Of a stretch of DNA of 64,000 nt, positions 14,322 to 27,000 are shown piece after piece. The translations under genes were made by a program, and so were the position numbers. The stretch covers positions 98,520,001 to 98,584,000 of the forward strand of contig NC_045697.1 in assembly GCF_009834535.1 (NCBI RefSeq). Reading direction: 5' to 3'. Origin of the DNA: Camelus ferus. Lineage: Eukaryota. Position 1 is the first letter of the stretch. Each line of letters starts with the position of its first letter. Below the pieces are notes generated by a model. It was given only the letters and a program-made list of their open reading frames with translations. It ran no database searches and was not told the DNA's origin.

Positions 14322-15514
14322 TGTCCTGTCAGGTCTAGCAAACGTTTTCCTCTCAGAATTTGAGAGGCTCTGGCAGGGAAAGCTCGGCCCCTAAACAGGT
14401 TTGGCAGAGGACAGAGCTGGCCGACACACACGAGCACTGTGCTGGGTACACGACATGTCCCTACAGATTCCAGAGAGAGCGCTGCACCCAGATCTCATGG
14501 CATTTCGAAAGGAGCCATTTTCAAAACGATCTGTAGAGTGCTTTGCTGTCTCTGCTTAGTCACCTGCTTGAAGCACCCGATCTGGGACACGCAGTGTGTG
14601 TTTGGGAGGGTGGAGGGCGGGGGGAGCAGCACGTAAATGCTCAGGGCTTGTGCTGAGCTCTGTGGTGCCAACTGGCATCTGGAAGGGACATATGCAAAAT
14701 CACACTCCACACGGCCTCTAAATTTAGATAAGCTGTCAATATCTTGCACTGGAGGGGCCTTCTTTCTCTACACTCTGGTTTAAAGGCTTAAAAAATGGAA
14801 GCCAAGGTTAGCCCATTGGAAAACACAGGCGGCTCATGGTGCTGCCCAGGATGGCAAGTAGCCACTTCTAGTATTGACAGAATGCGAGGGAGATCCCACC
14901 AGCCTCGCAGAAGCAGTGAACTCAGGCTCGATCCCCTCCCCCTCCTCAACCCTGTTCCTCCCCTGCCTGCAGAGGAGATGCAAAATGATCAGAGGGTGGG
15001 GAGCCCGTTCTTAGAGCCCCCTTTTCCGTCTGCCCCCTTCAACCCTTCAAGAAACTTGAAGAGTAAAGGCAGCATAAGTCAGGCATCGACCGAAACCTAG
15101 ATTCTACTGCATCCAGCAAGTCTGTATTCCTGGTGGGGAGAGGGTGACTGGAGATGGAGAAGAGGCATCACCAGTGTCATAGGGCTCAGAGTGGCTGTGA
15201 CACAGAGCTGAAGAGACCCATCTGTCTTCCAGATGTTCTCAAGAGCTGACCAGTGGCCGAGGATGATCTCAAGATGATATCAAGCCCCTCCACTCACATC
15301 CAACCTGGCAGACCACGAATCCAGCCATCATTGCTCTATTTTTTCCCCTGCCCTATTTATCCTTATTGCCCTATTTTTTACACTATTTTTGCCTGTCTGC
15401 AGGGAATGTAAAAGTAAAATGTGGGTAGGACAGAAATTCACTTTCTGGATTCCCTTGTCTATTTAATCCCTCAGCCTTACCATCAGAAAGATATCAGCTC
15501 CTTCATTAACCCCC

Positions 15515-15640
15515 TTCCTGTAAAATAGGGCTATTAATAGTACCTGCCCCATTGGGTGATTGTGAGAATTAAGTGTGTTCATGCGTGTACAATGCTTATA
15601 ACAGTGTCCATGCTCTCCATCAACGTCAGCGATAGTTACT
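15515..15640 (+). mobile_element. MIR fragment
   Basis: ctgtaaaatagggctattaatagtacct...ggtgattgtgagaattaag core motif. Confidence 0.7.
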
Positions 15641-16242
15641 ACACTCTAGCAAGTCAAATGAGCAGGGCCGGGGAGCTAAAATGGATGATTTGCTCTTCAA
15701 AAATTCTTTCTGTAGGTTGCATGATTATGTTTGTTCTCAGGAAATGAGTGTATTTTCTTTCCAAGACCTCAAACTCTTTAAGGAAGGGATGGCACTAAGA
15801 GATCCTGTGTGGGCTTCTGCAACCTCCAAATTCCACTCACACCTCAGCACACAAAAAGACTCTGAATGGGAAGATGTGGCCTCTGTTACTGGAACAGGTA
15901 CCTGGGGACACCTCCTTGATGATTACACTAAAAGGCTTCCAGGACCCTTCAGAGAAGAGGGCCCAATGTCAGCAGCTGTGATCACCTGTCGTAGAATTTC
16001 TGAAAACCCTTAGGAAGCAATCTAGATGTATGCTTCAACTTTCAGGGCAGATTTGGAATTTTAATTCAATGAAAACTACCTGAACCGTCCACTCAGGAGA
16101 AAGATTGACATACTGCGGGTGGGGGAAAAACGACTTCATTATTCATCCTTACTGGGAAGACAAGTAATTTCAGGCTGACAAGACACAAGTGAGAAGAGGC
16201 AGACAGAGCAGGCAAGTGAGATAAAGAGAAAGAAAGGCAGAG

Positions 16243-16368
16243 GGATGGATGGACAGATGGATACAGACATGCACACATGCATACACACATGAGATGATGG
16301 AGATACATACGTACAGACATACGTACAGACATACATACATACATACATACATACGTACATACATACAT
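16243..16368. repeat. Compound microsatellite (GGAT/GACA/TACA)n
   Basis: Directly visible, includes a (TACA)n run and an acatacgtacag doublet. Confidence 0.9.
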
Positions 16369-19177
16369 AAACCCACAGGCTGCTGAGCAGGGAGGTAAAA
16401 CAAGAGACACATTAAAACAGCCTTTTTGTTCCTCATCTGAGAAACATAATGGCATCTCTCAATTCTGGCCTGTACATCATCCCTTAAAAAGCTCATTGAG
16501 AAGTTCAGTCATGATCCTGTCCTCATCCCAGAGCTCTTGGGAAAACCTTGCCATTAACTCTTACAATTGCTGCACCTGCTCATTCACTCCTGGGAAAATG
16601 TCAAGATCTTTTTCCTTTTGTGGAACAGAGGCTACCATGAAGGCACTTTTCTTTCTCTGAGACTTTTTCAGATGGTTGTTTTTTTTTTTTTTTCTTCTGC
16701 TCCAATTCCAAAGATTTTCTTTTAGATCGCGATGGAGAGCACAAAGAGGCATTCAGCTCAGCCTGCAGATTGCTAGAAAACCCTTCACATCCCTCGGAAA
16801 TTAGAGAGGCAGCCGCACTCATCAGCAAGAGTGTATAAATTTGGAAGGAGTGATTTTATAGAATCAGACTGTTTGAGAATGAGGAGAAACAGTGGTCCAG
16901 CCTCTTCATCTCAAAGACGAGGGGGTGGAGGTGCTTAGGATCTAATCTCTGACTACTCACCGCCTCGTTTTTCTCATCTGTGCAGCAGAAGAGTGATAGC
17001 AAGTGGTTAAATTAACAACTGCTTGGTATTCAGGGCTGTGCTGCTGTTAAAGGGCCAGTGCTGTCTCCTTCGAAGGCCCGAGCCTGGACTGCCTTCTCTG
17101 TGCTGCTGAGTAGAAGCCAATCTAACCCTGTGCAGCCCTGGTCCCAGGCCTCCCTCACCCCGGATTCCCAAGAAGTGAATCCAGGTGGATGTCTGGGCTA
17201 GCCCCACACCTTCCGGTGATCACCATTCTGAGTGTTACTCACTCCAAGGCCACGTGAAGCGACACCTGCGGTGGGGAATATTTAATGCAGGTGTTTGTGA
17301 AGCAGCTTTGCCAAAATTGTCAGAAAATGCATGTGAGGAAATTATCTCCTGGTCCCTCAGTGGGTATGATGTCTTTTATCGTCTCTGTATTGTGAAGCAT
17401 TTTCTGTGTTTAAAGATGTGATTGTAAAAGACAGCTCCGTGGAGGGCAAGGGGAAGGGAGGAGCAGAGAGAGAAGAAAATGGAGGGGAAAGTAACACAAG
17501 AGGGGGGCCCCCACCCACAGTAACCTAAGCTGGGAGGGTCTGGGTCCTTCCACTCTGCTCCTGGGAGCTGGGACCCAGAGGCCCATCTGGAGAGAATGGG
17601 AAGGGGGTGGGAGGAGAAGCTCCCAAAGCTGTAAGGAGTGAGCAGATACACAGGATGCAGGTTCCTGTAAAGCAAGGTGGCCTCTGCCAGGGGCCAGGCT
17701 ATGTCAGAGGGTAGGCCCGTTGGCTTCAAGTGGCAGAAAAAGATACTGATGTTCAACCAACGTAGAATCAGCCTTAAGGGCTGGCCATGAGGAGCAGCTG
17801 GCAAACAAAACAGCAGAGAAAGCAGGCCACAAAAGGGAGCAGGCCTTCCAGGGGCGAGAGTCTTAAGAAATGTCAATCTTATCCGGAGGAGAAAAGAAAG
17901 CGAGTTATCTGGGCGAGAGCCTGCAAGATCACCTCGGGAGGGAGGCAGGGGGTATCCGGAAATCCATACAGAAAGATGCGTTGCAAGGTGCTGGGTGCTC
18001 TGCTCCACCCTTTCCTAAGAGGAGTGTCCACATGGATGAATCAAAGTTTGAAATATTAATGGGGCCTCCGGGGCTACAGCATGGAGCTTTCAGTGGGGCA
18101 GTAAATATGGCTAGTTTCTTCTTGGATTCACTCACACCTTAGAAGGAAGACAACCTGGGGGTCTTCCCTCGGGGGAGAGCTGCCCCCACCCTAATAATGG
18201 TCCAGGAAGGGAAGGGTAGGGTACACAGAAGCAAGGGCAAACGGGTCATGACAGCCACCTGGCCTCCTTTGGTGTCGAAGGCCGCAGAGGAAGAGTAAGT
18301 CGGTATTTTACCCAAGCTTGCCAGGTCTACTTTGGGGCTTGGGGTATAATCCAAATAGCAACGGCGACTGGCCTTTACCTGACTCTGCTCTGTGCCTTCA
18401 CTTTCAGGGAGGTCACGAGGGAGTGGACATCACAAGAGAGGAGCTCATAGCCTGCACAAAGCAACTGCACAAAGCAATTCCCAAGAGCCGTCCCAGGAAA
18501 CTTAGGGCCGGCCTCAGTCCCATGCCTGGAAAGATCAGGAAGGAGAGCTAGAAGGGTCTGCCAGCCCCCCCAGTCTGAGCAGTTAGGCAGCCTCCAGCCT
18601 GATCAGAGCTGGGTAGTCAAGACTGGCCAGATAAAGTAAGAAGGACATCCAAGAACATCTCAGAGGGACTTCCCACACAATTTAAGATCGAGAACACAGA
18701 ACTATGGGTTGTGACTCACGGCCAGAAGGATGTTCTAAGATGCCTGAAATCTTTGCTACATCTCTGTGGCTATTTCTTTTCCCTCACTCCATTTGCCTGT
18801 GGTGAGCAGCCTGGGGGCCCTTGGACCAGATGTTCCACCTGCCCCAGGAAACAGGAAAACTAGAGAAAGAACCTCCCACTCTACAACCAGGCTTAGATTG
18901 GGAAGGGGAAAAGCACCCTCAGAAAAAGCAGAAGGTGCCAGCTCAGAAGAGGAGCATGAGGGTCAGACTGAGCCTCTGCAGCCTTCACAGCTCTGTAGGT
19001 AGAAGCCAGTCATGGGGCCTGAGGAGGGACACAAGGAGGGAAGGACCCCGAGCTGTGAGTGAGGAGCCATGAGTGCTGGTCTTGACTCTGTATCTACATT
19101 TGTAGGCAAGTCTTCTCACCCCTCTGTGTTTATCGTGATCCATACAGCAGGAGTTGGCTCCTTTACTAAGAAGCTGA

Positions 19178-19635
19178 CAATACAATGGAATACTACTCAG
19201 CCATAAAAAAGAGTAAAATAATGCTATTTGCTGCAACATGGATGGACCTGGAGATGTCATTCTAAGTGAAATAAGCCAGAAAAAGAAAAATACCATATGA
19301 TATCACTTATATGTGGAATCTTTTTTTAAAAAAAAGACATAAATAAACTTATTTACAAAATAGAAACAGACTCACAGATATAGAAAACAAACTTACAGTT
19401 ACCAAGGGGGAAGGGGGTGGGAAGGGATAAATTGGGAGTTTGAGATTTACAGATCCTAACTAATACATATAAAATAGATAAACAACAAGTTTACACTGTA
19501 TAGCATGAGGAACTATATTCAATATCCTATAGTAACCTATAATCAAAAAGAATATGAAAACGAATAGATGAATGTCTTAACCATTATGATGTACACCAGA
19601 AACTGGCACATTAGAAACAGACTACAGTTCAATAT
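19178..19635 (+). mobile_element. 5'-truncated L1 3' end
   Basis: aatggaatactactcagccataaaaaaga...gggataaattgggagtttgagattt...gtacaccagaaa; clearly homologous to the copies at 6463 and 45244. Confidence 0.92.
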
Positions 19636-19652
19636 TTTTTTTTTTTAAGTCT

Positions 19653-19765
19653 TGGGGGAGAGAAATATCTCAGTGGTAGAGCATACACTTAGCATGCATG
19701 AGGTCCTGGGTTCAATTCCCAGTACCTCTATTTAAAAAAATAATAATAATAATTTTTTTAAAGAA
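19653..19765 (+). mobile_element. tRNA-Ala-derived SINE (vic-1-like) at the L1 tail
   Basis: A box ctcagtggtagagc, ttagcat loop, B box gggttcaattccc, A/TAA tail; short aagtct repeat on both flanks. Confidence 0.9.
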
Positions 19766-20044
19766 AAAAGTCTGAGAAATCAGAGTATGTGGTAAGGAAA
19801 ACCTGAACTGGAAATGCAAGCTGTACTTAATTCAAAGATACTGGATCACAAAAAAAAAAAAAAAAAAAGAAGAAGAAGAAATTGCCAGAGCAGTGGTGTA
19901 CCAAGGTAGGGGGTGTGAGAGTGGTTAACCAAAATTAAAACTGACCCATTTTTATTATTATCCTCACCCAAAGGCAATTGGAAGCAATGTCTGTGCTAAA
20001 ATGCTCCTCCTTGCCAGAATATTTTATCACACGACCACACAAAT

Positions 20045-20082
20045 ACACACACACACACACACACACACATACACACACACAC
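20045..20082. repeat. (CA)n microsatellite
   Basis: Directly visible. Confidence 0.95.
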
Positions 20083-20219
20083 GCCTGTATGCTATCAGGT
20101 CAGAGAGCCCTTCATTGGCAGGAAGTCCACGGAGAGCTTTCCAATGCCACTCAATAATTTCAAAAGATCAGTGCTACCCTAACACTGAAACACAGAACTG
20201 CTGAAAAATTGAGAGGTGG

Positions 20220-20655
20220 TGTGGTAGATTGAAGAATGGCCCCAAAGATGCCAGATCCTAATTCCTGCAACCTGTAAATGTTACCTTCCTTGGCAAAAAC
20301 TTTGCAGATGTGATTAAGTTTAGGATCCTGAGATGGGGAGATTACCCTGGATCAGCTCAGTGGACCCCAAATGCCATCACAGTGTCCTCGTAAGAGCCAG
20401 GCAAAGAGAGATTTGACAGAGACAGAGGAAGAAGGTGATGTGGCTGCCTGGAGTCCATCAGAAGCCAGAGCAGGCCAGTAACCAGTGCCCGTCAGAGCCT
20501 CTGGAGAGGGCGAAGCCCTGCAGACCCCTTGATCTCAGTCCAGTGAAACTGAGTTCAGACATCTGGCCTCCAGAACAGAGAAGGAATACATTTCTGTTGT
20601 TTTAAGCCACCAGGTTTGTGGTCACTGGTTACAGCAGCAGCGGGAGGCTAACACA
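20220..20655 (+). mobile_element. MaLR solo LTR, MLT1D-like
   Basis: tgtggtag...aatggccccaaagatg...ctttgcagatgtgattaag...tttctgttgttttaagccac...gttacagcagca...aca. Confidence 0.85.
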
Positions 20656-22489
20656 GACAGGAAGGGAAAGGAGACTGCCACGGTAGGGAACATCTTCAAG
20701 GGGAATCATGGCCTCTGTAGAGAGGACTTCCCTGGCTCCACTGCTCACTTCCATCTGCATCTTCTCCCTGGAGCCCGACATTCTAGATTGTCAGAGGGTA
20801 GCAGGTTGTACCAGAGAAGAGGAGTTGTGAATGCCAAGTTGGAAAAACATCTTCGACAGCTCCCCTCCCCCTAGTTAACCTCAGGCAAATTCTGCCCCAA
20901 GCAAGGTGGTGCCTCCACCACCAATGCTATTGACATTGGGATGTTGTGTGAATTTGCCACTGGACCCGAGTTCTGCAGCTCAGAGATCTGGCCACTCACA
21001 CTGCAGTGACATCCTGGGCAGTTCCTGGAAAGCTTCCTAGGTCGGCGTGCCGAGCGCTCTCTATCTGGACTGTCTCTTCGGTAAATATCCCTTGTGTGCC
21101 GTTCCGATGGCAGATCGTTTATCCGTCGCATGAAGCACTTCATTAGTGACCTAGTTTCTCACTCACACATCACAGAAACCAAAATCCCTGCCTCAGGGAA
21201 AGGAGAGCAGAGCCACGAGTCCAAATAAACGGGTTGTGTCTTCAGCCCCAGTGGGCAGAAGTAAAACAACAGACTCACTGGGCTTAACGACCCCCTTAAA
21301 AGAAGGCAACTTAAAAAGCAGTAAAATGCCCTGAGAAGTCAGGATTAATGCCGGTTCATAAACTTAGTGAAGATGTGAGCGGCACTGTCCCTTAACCCAG
21401 TTGTGCTTGATGTTTTCAGTGGGTGTGCTGCTAGCAAAAGCCCTGTCGGTGATGAATTTCTGTGAGTCAAAGCATGCCTTAAGTACAGGGAGGAAGAGGC
21501 TTGCTCAAGAAATCTCCCTGCAAATTCTTTCATAATGTGAAGACTCCGTTTTTAATTTATTTTTGATGAAAATCTGGATTTTTCCCATCCTATTTGCTTA
21601 AAGAGAGGTGCACATTTACAATTACAAATTCAAGTGAGTTCTGCTCCACTGCCAAGGTTAATTGCCGTCCTTGCTTTGAGGAAAAGTAGGATTCTGAGCC
21701 TCGACTTCGCCACGTCGGCAGCATCAGCCCACCTGGCCCCAGAAGAGACCCCCTAGCAATTTCCACACCTCACTCTCAGGGCCAGGAGCATGCAAGACAC
21801 TGAGTCAGAACATCACCGACGGTCCCCCATTAGGCTTTGGGCACCTAATTTCAGGAGAAGGGGTGGGTGTTGGAGAGCAAACAACAAAGGGTGATACTGA
21901 TATTATTAAGAGAATGAACTCAAAATACCATAATTCTATTGTATAATTAGTTAAGGAAATAAGAGGGAAAGACAAGGGCTTGGAGAGAAAACTAGAGGGA
22001 GAAAGGAGAAGAGATGGTCAAAATAAAGGAAATAAAAGAGTTAAAGGAGGAAAACTAAATATTAGGGAAAGAGAAGGTGGGCGATGGGGAGAAAGAGGGA
22101 CAAGGGGGGTCCAAAAATTCAGAAAACTCTCCTTTATCACTTTGGCTTGTGAATTAAAAAGTGCCCCCGGTCTACTCACACCTTATATTCGCACAGTTCT
22201 ACAATTTCCCGACCTTCCTCTGATCCTCACAGCACCACGTGGAGCCTGCATTTTAATAGAGGAGTAAACAGAGGCTGCTTGCCTCCTGCCTAGTACTTGT
22301 TCCTCAGCTAGACATGCAGCGCTTGCCTTTAAAGCCCAAGTCCCTGGTTCCCAGCACAGAGTCCTTCCCATTAACCTCCTGAAACTTGGCTGGGTGTGCA
22401 AACCATGCCAGAATCCTCACACGCTCCCTTCACTGTGCGTAGACAAATAAATACCTCGAAATCAACTTATTTGTACTAAATTATGCGTA

Positions 22490-22855
22490 TTATCTCTCTC
22501 GTACTGAGTGGCTTAAATAACAGACATTTATTCTCCCACTTCTGGAGGCTGGGAAGTCCCAGGTCAAGGTGCCGGCAGATTCAGTGTCAGGTGAGAGCCG
22601 GCTTCCAGGCTTGTTGATGTCACCTTCTCTACGTGCTCAGGACCCTTTTCCTCGGTGCAGACTCGTGGAGAGAGGCTCCTGTCTCTTCCCCTGTTTTAAG
22701 GATTCTAATAACCATCATGGGGCTCCACCATCATGCCCTCATTTAAACCTATTTATCTCCCAAAGGCCCCACCTCCCAACACCAAGACATTGGGCTTGAG
22801 GGCTTCAATATGTGAATGGGGGCGGGGGGGGGGATGTACTCATTCAGTCCAGAAC
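22490..22855 (-). mobile_element. MaLR solo LTR, MLT1A-like, antisense
   Basis: gtggcttaaataacagacatttatt...ctggaggctgggaagtcc...caaggtgccggcagattc...cccaaaggccccacctcc. Confidence 0.85.
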
Positions 22856-23152
22856 TAACCCGAGCCACAGCATCCAGTGTGGGTCAGAAGCTTCCCTACT
22901 CGTGAAGCTACATATCCACAAAGACTCCAGGCTGAAGCTGACATGGGGAGGGGAGGAGAGCTTGCGAGGGGTGGGCCTCCTACCTCCGCCTGCCCCAGAC
23001 AGAACAGCAAAGTGCAGGGGGCTCATCCGGATCCCCTCTTCTCTCTCTGGGAAGTCGTCTGTCCCTGGATCACACTCCCTCTCCTTCCAGGGAGCCCAGG
23101 GTCCCCTGTAGCTGACCCCAGCCTGCCTGCCCCCTGCTGGGTGTTTTCTCCT

Positions 23153-23516
23153 TGCTGTGGACTGAATGTTTGTGTCCTCCTCAAATTTATACGTTGAAAC
23201 CCTAATCCCCAGTGTGATGGTATAGGGAGATAGGGCCTTTGGGAGGTAATTAGGTCATCAAAGTGGCACCCTGGAGATGGAATCAATGCCATTATAAGAA
23301 GAGACACTAGAGGGCCCTCTTTCTCTCTCTCTCTCCCTCTCTCTCATCCTCTCCCCTGCCATGTGAGGAAACCATGAGGACAGTCCTTGCCAGAACCCCA
23401 CCACGCTGGCACCGTGATCTTGGACTTCCCAGAACTTCTCCAGAACTATGAGAAATCAGTTTGTTGTTTAAGCTGCTCAGTCTATTGTATTCTTGTTACA
23501 GCAGCAGGAGCTAACA
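23153..23516 (+). mobile_element. MaLR solo LTR, MLT1A-like, sense
   Basis: tgctgtggactgaatgtttgtgtcc...gggcctttgggaggtaattagg...ccagaactatgagaaat...ttgttacagcagca. Confidence 0.85.
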
Positions 23517-23621
23517 CTCCCCACTTAAAAACAATCATTCTGCTTACCCAGTACACAAGTCCTGATGCCACCACCCCCGACTCCCTCCCTCTCTCTCTCT
23601 CTCTCTCTCTCACATTCACAC

Positions 23622-24046
23622 ACATGTTGTGCCGGTAAATGGTCATCAACCCATTCTCTAAAAGACAAAGAACCCTGATTTGTAGGATTGGCCATTTCTG
23701 TGGGGTAGATACTGCCACCAGGGCTCATTTCCTGTGACCAACATGACATCACTGAATGGGGAGCTGGAAGAGGAGGACCCCAGCACATCGTTACACGGCA
23801 TTTCCACCCCAAAGATACAGCAGATGCAAATAGCCTCGAGATACAGATCATCATTAAATGTAGTAAAATATCAGGAAGTGATGAGTATTGATTACCTTTG
23901 TTTCTGAGAGTAATGTATTACATTATAAGTTTATATAATTTAATTCTTAATAATGACATCTGTGTTTAATAGGCAGCTCACAGATTTCTTGAAAATTGAA
24001 GAGGCAGCCCTCTCTGGCTGCAGGGGCCGGCTGCAGCAAACAACTG
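23622..24046. mobile_element. hAT-Blackjack non-autonomous element, MER63-like
   Basis: ccctgatttgtag...tagtaaaatatcaggaagtgatgagt...tataagtttatataatttaattcttaataat resembles MER63; degenerate TIR-like ends. Confidence 0.65.
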
Positions 24047-27000
24047 TCCCCCCTTCCCCCAACACCCCCGGCCTTCTTTCTGCTTTGCTAAGGTGACTGC
24101 TAGTCGGTGGCATTTATTATGTGACCCAAAAGAGTAGCTACAAACGTCAAATTTCAGGTAACTTGGCAGGTCTGCGAACTAATTTCTTGGTTGCCTCTCA
24201 AATTCTAAGTGTTTTTTAGTAGAGACTCTCCCATCAGATAGACAATGGCCTTGTGTGCTGTGGCTTTCGGTGGTTCTGCTCCTGCCCTCGTCAGCTGGAG
24301 CACAGACCCACCAACGGAGCCTGGCCCCGCTACCTCGGGGTAGAGAGTGAAAAATCCAGTCAGCCGCTTGTTTGGGCTGCACCATGCCAGAAATCTGGTA
24401 GAGCTAAAATGTTTTTCTCCCCTGAATTGACTGGGGATTCTGAGGTTGTCTTGACAAGGCCATATTCCTCAGGACAGCCACACACATAGCACCTATCAAG
24501 TTCTTTCTGAGACATGCTCCCACAGCCTTGAAATGCGGGGGCTGGAGAGGGACAGGCAGCCAGCTCTGCTCCAATGCCCTTGACTGGAGGTTTCACTTCC
24601 TCGCTCTTCTTTCCAAGCACACAATATTCGGGGGGGGGGGGGGGGGAGGACAGCAGAGCCTGCAAATCCTCTCATCAAAGAGGCATTGACTTTTAATTCT
24701 ACAAATGTGGCTGTTTTCCACAAGGAACAGAGAATTCATTAGTAATCTCACTCTGGAGACGTCTTCCACCCTCAGCTTTCTCCTGGCGATCATATAATTA
24801 CACCCCAGATTTCTGATTACAGAAACTTTTCCCTTTAACCTCTATACAGTTTCAGAACCTCTCATTTTCCAGTTTCTCCTTTTCCTGTCTGCCTCAAAAA
24901 AAAAAAAAAAAGGGAGAGGAGAGGAAATTGGCAAAGATACGGATGTGAGTTGGGACCCTCACTGGTAAGGTGGTGCTTCGGCTGTAGAGGAAAGCCAGGG
25001 GTGGGAACACTGTGGGAACCAATGAGCCCATCACTCCATCACTATCCTGAGAAAACAATTCAGACGTGGGTCCTTCTGCCAGGGGGCAGAAGCAATCAAC
25101 ACTGCCCTCACAGACACATGAACAAAAGAGACATTGGAAAGAAGCTCATTTAAAACAGGTGACATGACACAGACCTGTCCGTGGCCACCTACACCAGCCG
25201 CGCAGAGAATTTCACCTGTCACAGCCGGTCCACCGGTTGTTTTACCATCTGCTGAAATACACAAAGGAAATGAGGTCAATCAGCAGACTTTACTGCTCAC
25301 CTCACCTAAATCCTTCCTCTGCTCTCATCAGCGAGACCATTTCCAAAGCCACTCTCTGGGAGAATCTGCCCCCAGTGTGTGCACCCCAGTAGGCAGCTGG
25401 ACAGCAAGAGGCAGGGGGGTGTAAAACTCGGGAAGAGTCACTAATTCAAGAAGGAGGCGGAATCTGCCGGGCTCCTATCTGTTGCGGCAAACACGAGGCT
25501 CTGCCGGTTGGAAAAATTCGTGAATGTCTGAGCCGGTGCGATGTCCCTCCCCTCCTCACACACTCCTCACTTCTTCTTTTCAGAAAGAAAATCTCTCTTT
25601 AGCTTGGTGCTATTAATCTCCAGTGATGAACAATAGGTTGGAAATTCAGAGGAAACAAACCACTGAAATTATTATTCACCCCTTGCTCCAGATTGCTCTG
25701 TGAGCTCCAGAATACATGTTCTGCATTCGGTGACTAAGGCCCCGTCCCATGTGTTTTCCCAGTTCAATCAACTGTGCTAAGAACTGTCACAATAGCCCTT
25801 GACGACAAGAAAATAAAATTTCGGGCAGAATGGAAAGCCTGGCTCGCATCATAATGCCTGCTTGCACCGTTTCCACCCTCCTTCTTGCTTCATTTCCACC
25901 CCCGCCCCCGTCGTAGACAATGTTTGCAAACCCTTTCATCCACCTTAATGACAAAGGAAAAGAAATGGGTTATTTTTCCAGTTTGGATAATTGCTTCTGA
26001 AACGTTGTCACAATCTTCCAAATGACTATATTTCTTTCATGTCAGACCACTGTGGTTTCCGCCTGGTTCAGGTTGCGGTTTTGTTCAGGGTTCTGGTTGA
26101 CTGAGAGCCTTGGGAGTTTTGTTTTGTTTTTGGTTTGGTTTTTTTTTTTCCTTTGTTTTTAAGGAAAAGACAAAGCAAAAACCAAATAAGTCACCATGAT
26201 AACTTATGACAGAAAAATCAACATCTGAATCGAATGATAATAGCAGGAGCCAGACAGCAGGGAGACGAGGCGTCTTGTGCCAAGAAAAGAAAGGCACGGA
26301 AAGTTATTTAAAACTGATCGAAACCCACTAGGAGTCACAATCCCATCATGGTTTCCCTTTGGAAAAGCAGTTTTTAGAAGCCCCAATTAACCTTAATTGA
26401 ATTCTGCCTTAGTAATATCTGGAATTTTAATTGACTGGGAAGTTGATCATAAATCTCTGTTCATGGTGCGCTTAGCCATGAGTAAATCCCTGGATGGCAC
26501 ACAGCCTTGTCATGCAGGGGACTGACTCTTCTGCCGGTGAGGCTGGATTTTAGATCATAAAACAAACATTCAAAAGGGAAAGCCCCTCGCTGTCAGAGCC
26601 AGCCTGAAAGTGGCTTCCGTACAGAGTTCAGAGTAGAAGGATTCCAATGACCCAATGGTCCCCGTTTGTGCTGTCAGCAAGGACGCCTTCCTAAAATACA
26701 AACTGAAGAATCAGCCCCTCAAGACCCCCCAGAAGAAATTATCCTTCCAATCATTTAGGATAAGTGCAGTATTGTTCTTGTTTTCTCTTTTAGAAAATCA
26801 ACCATCAGTTCATTCTTTTCTTAATTAAAACCGCTGAGGACGGGGGAACTCTCTTAAGACTTTCAAATTGCCTTAACATGACTATTTAACTCAAAGTCTC
26901 TCAACGAGGGTTGGGAGGCCTGTCAGAATGACCTCAGTGCCTTTTCAGAACCCCAAAGGCATATCCAACACTGAGGGAAGAAGCCTGAACAAATGTATTT

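Noticed and set aside
17376..18008. Longest ORF (210 aa, - strand)
   Set aside because: No recognisable domain, biased Leu/Pro/Ser composition and no exon structure; expected by chance
19653..19730. tRNA-Ala(AGC)-like sequences here and at 30872, 42708, 48951 and 49088
   Set aside because: They have mutated stems, A-rich tails and TSD-like flanks, so they are SINEs rather than tRNA genes
24629..24646. Long G homopolymer (also at 12988-13001)
   Set aside because: Simple homopolymers whose lengths are error-prone; no further structure
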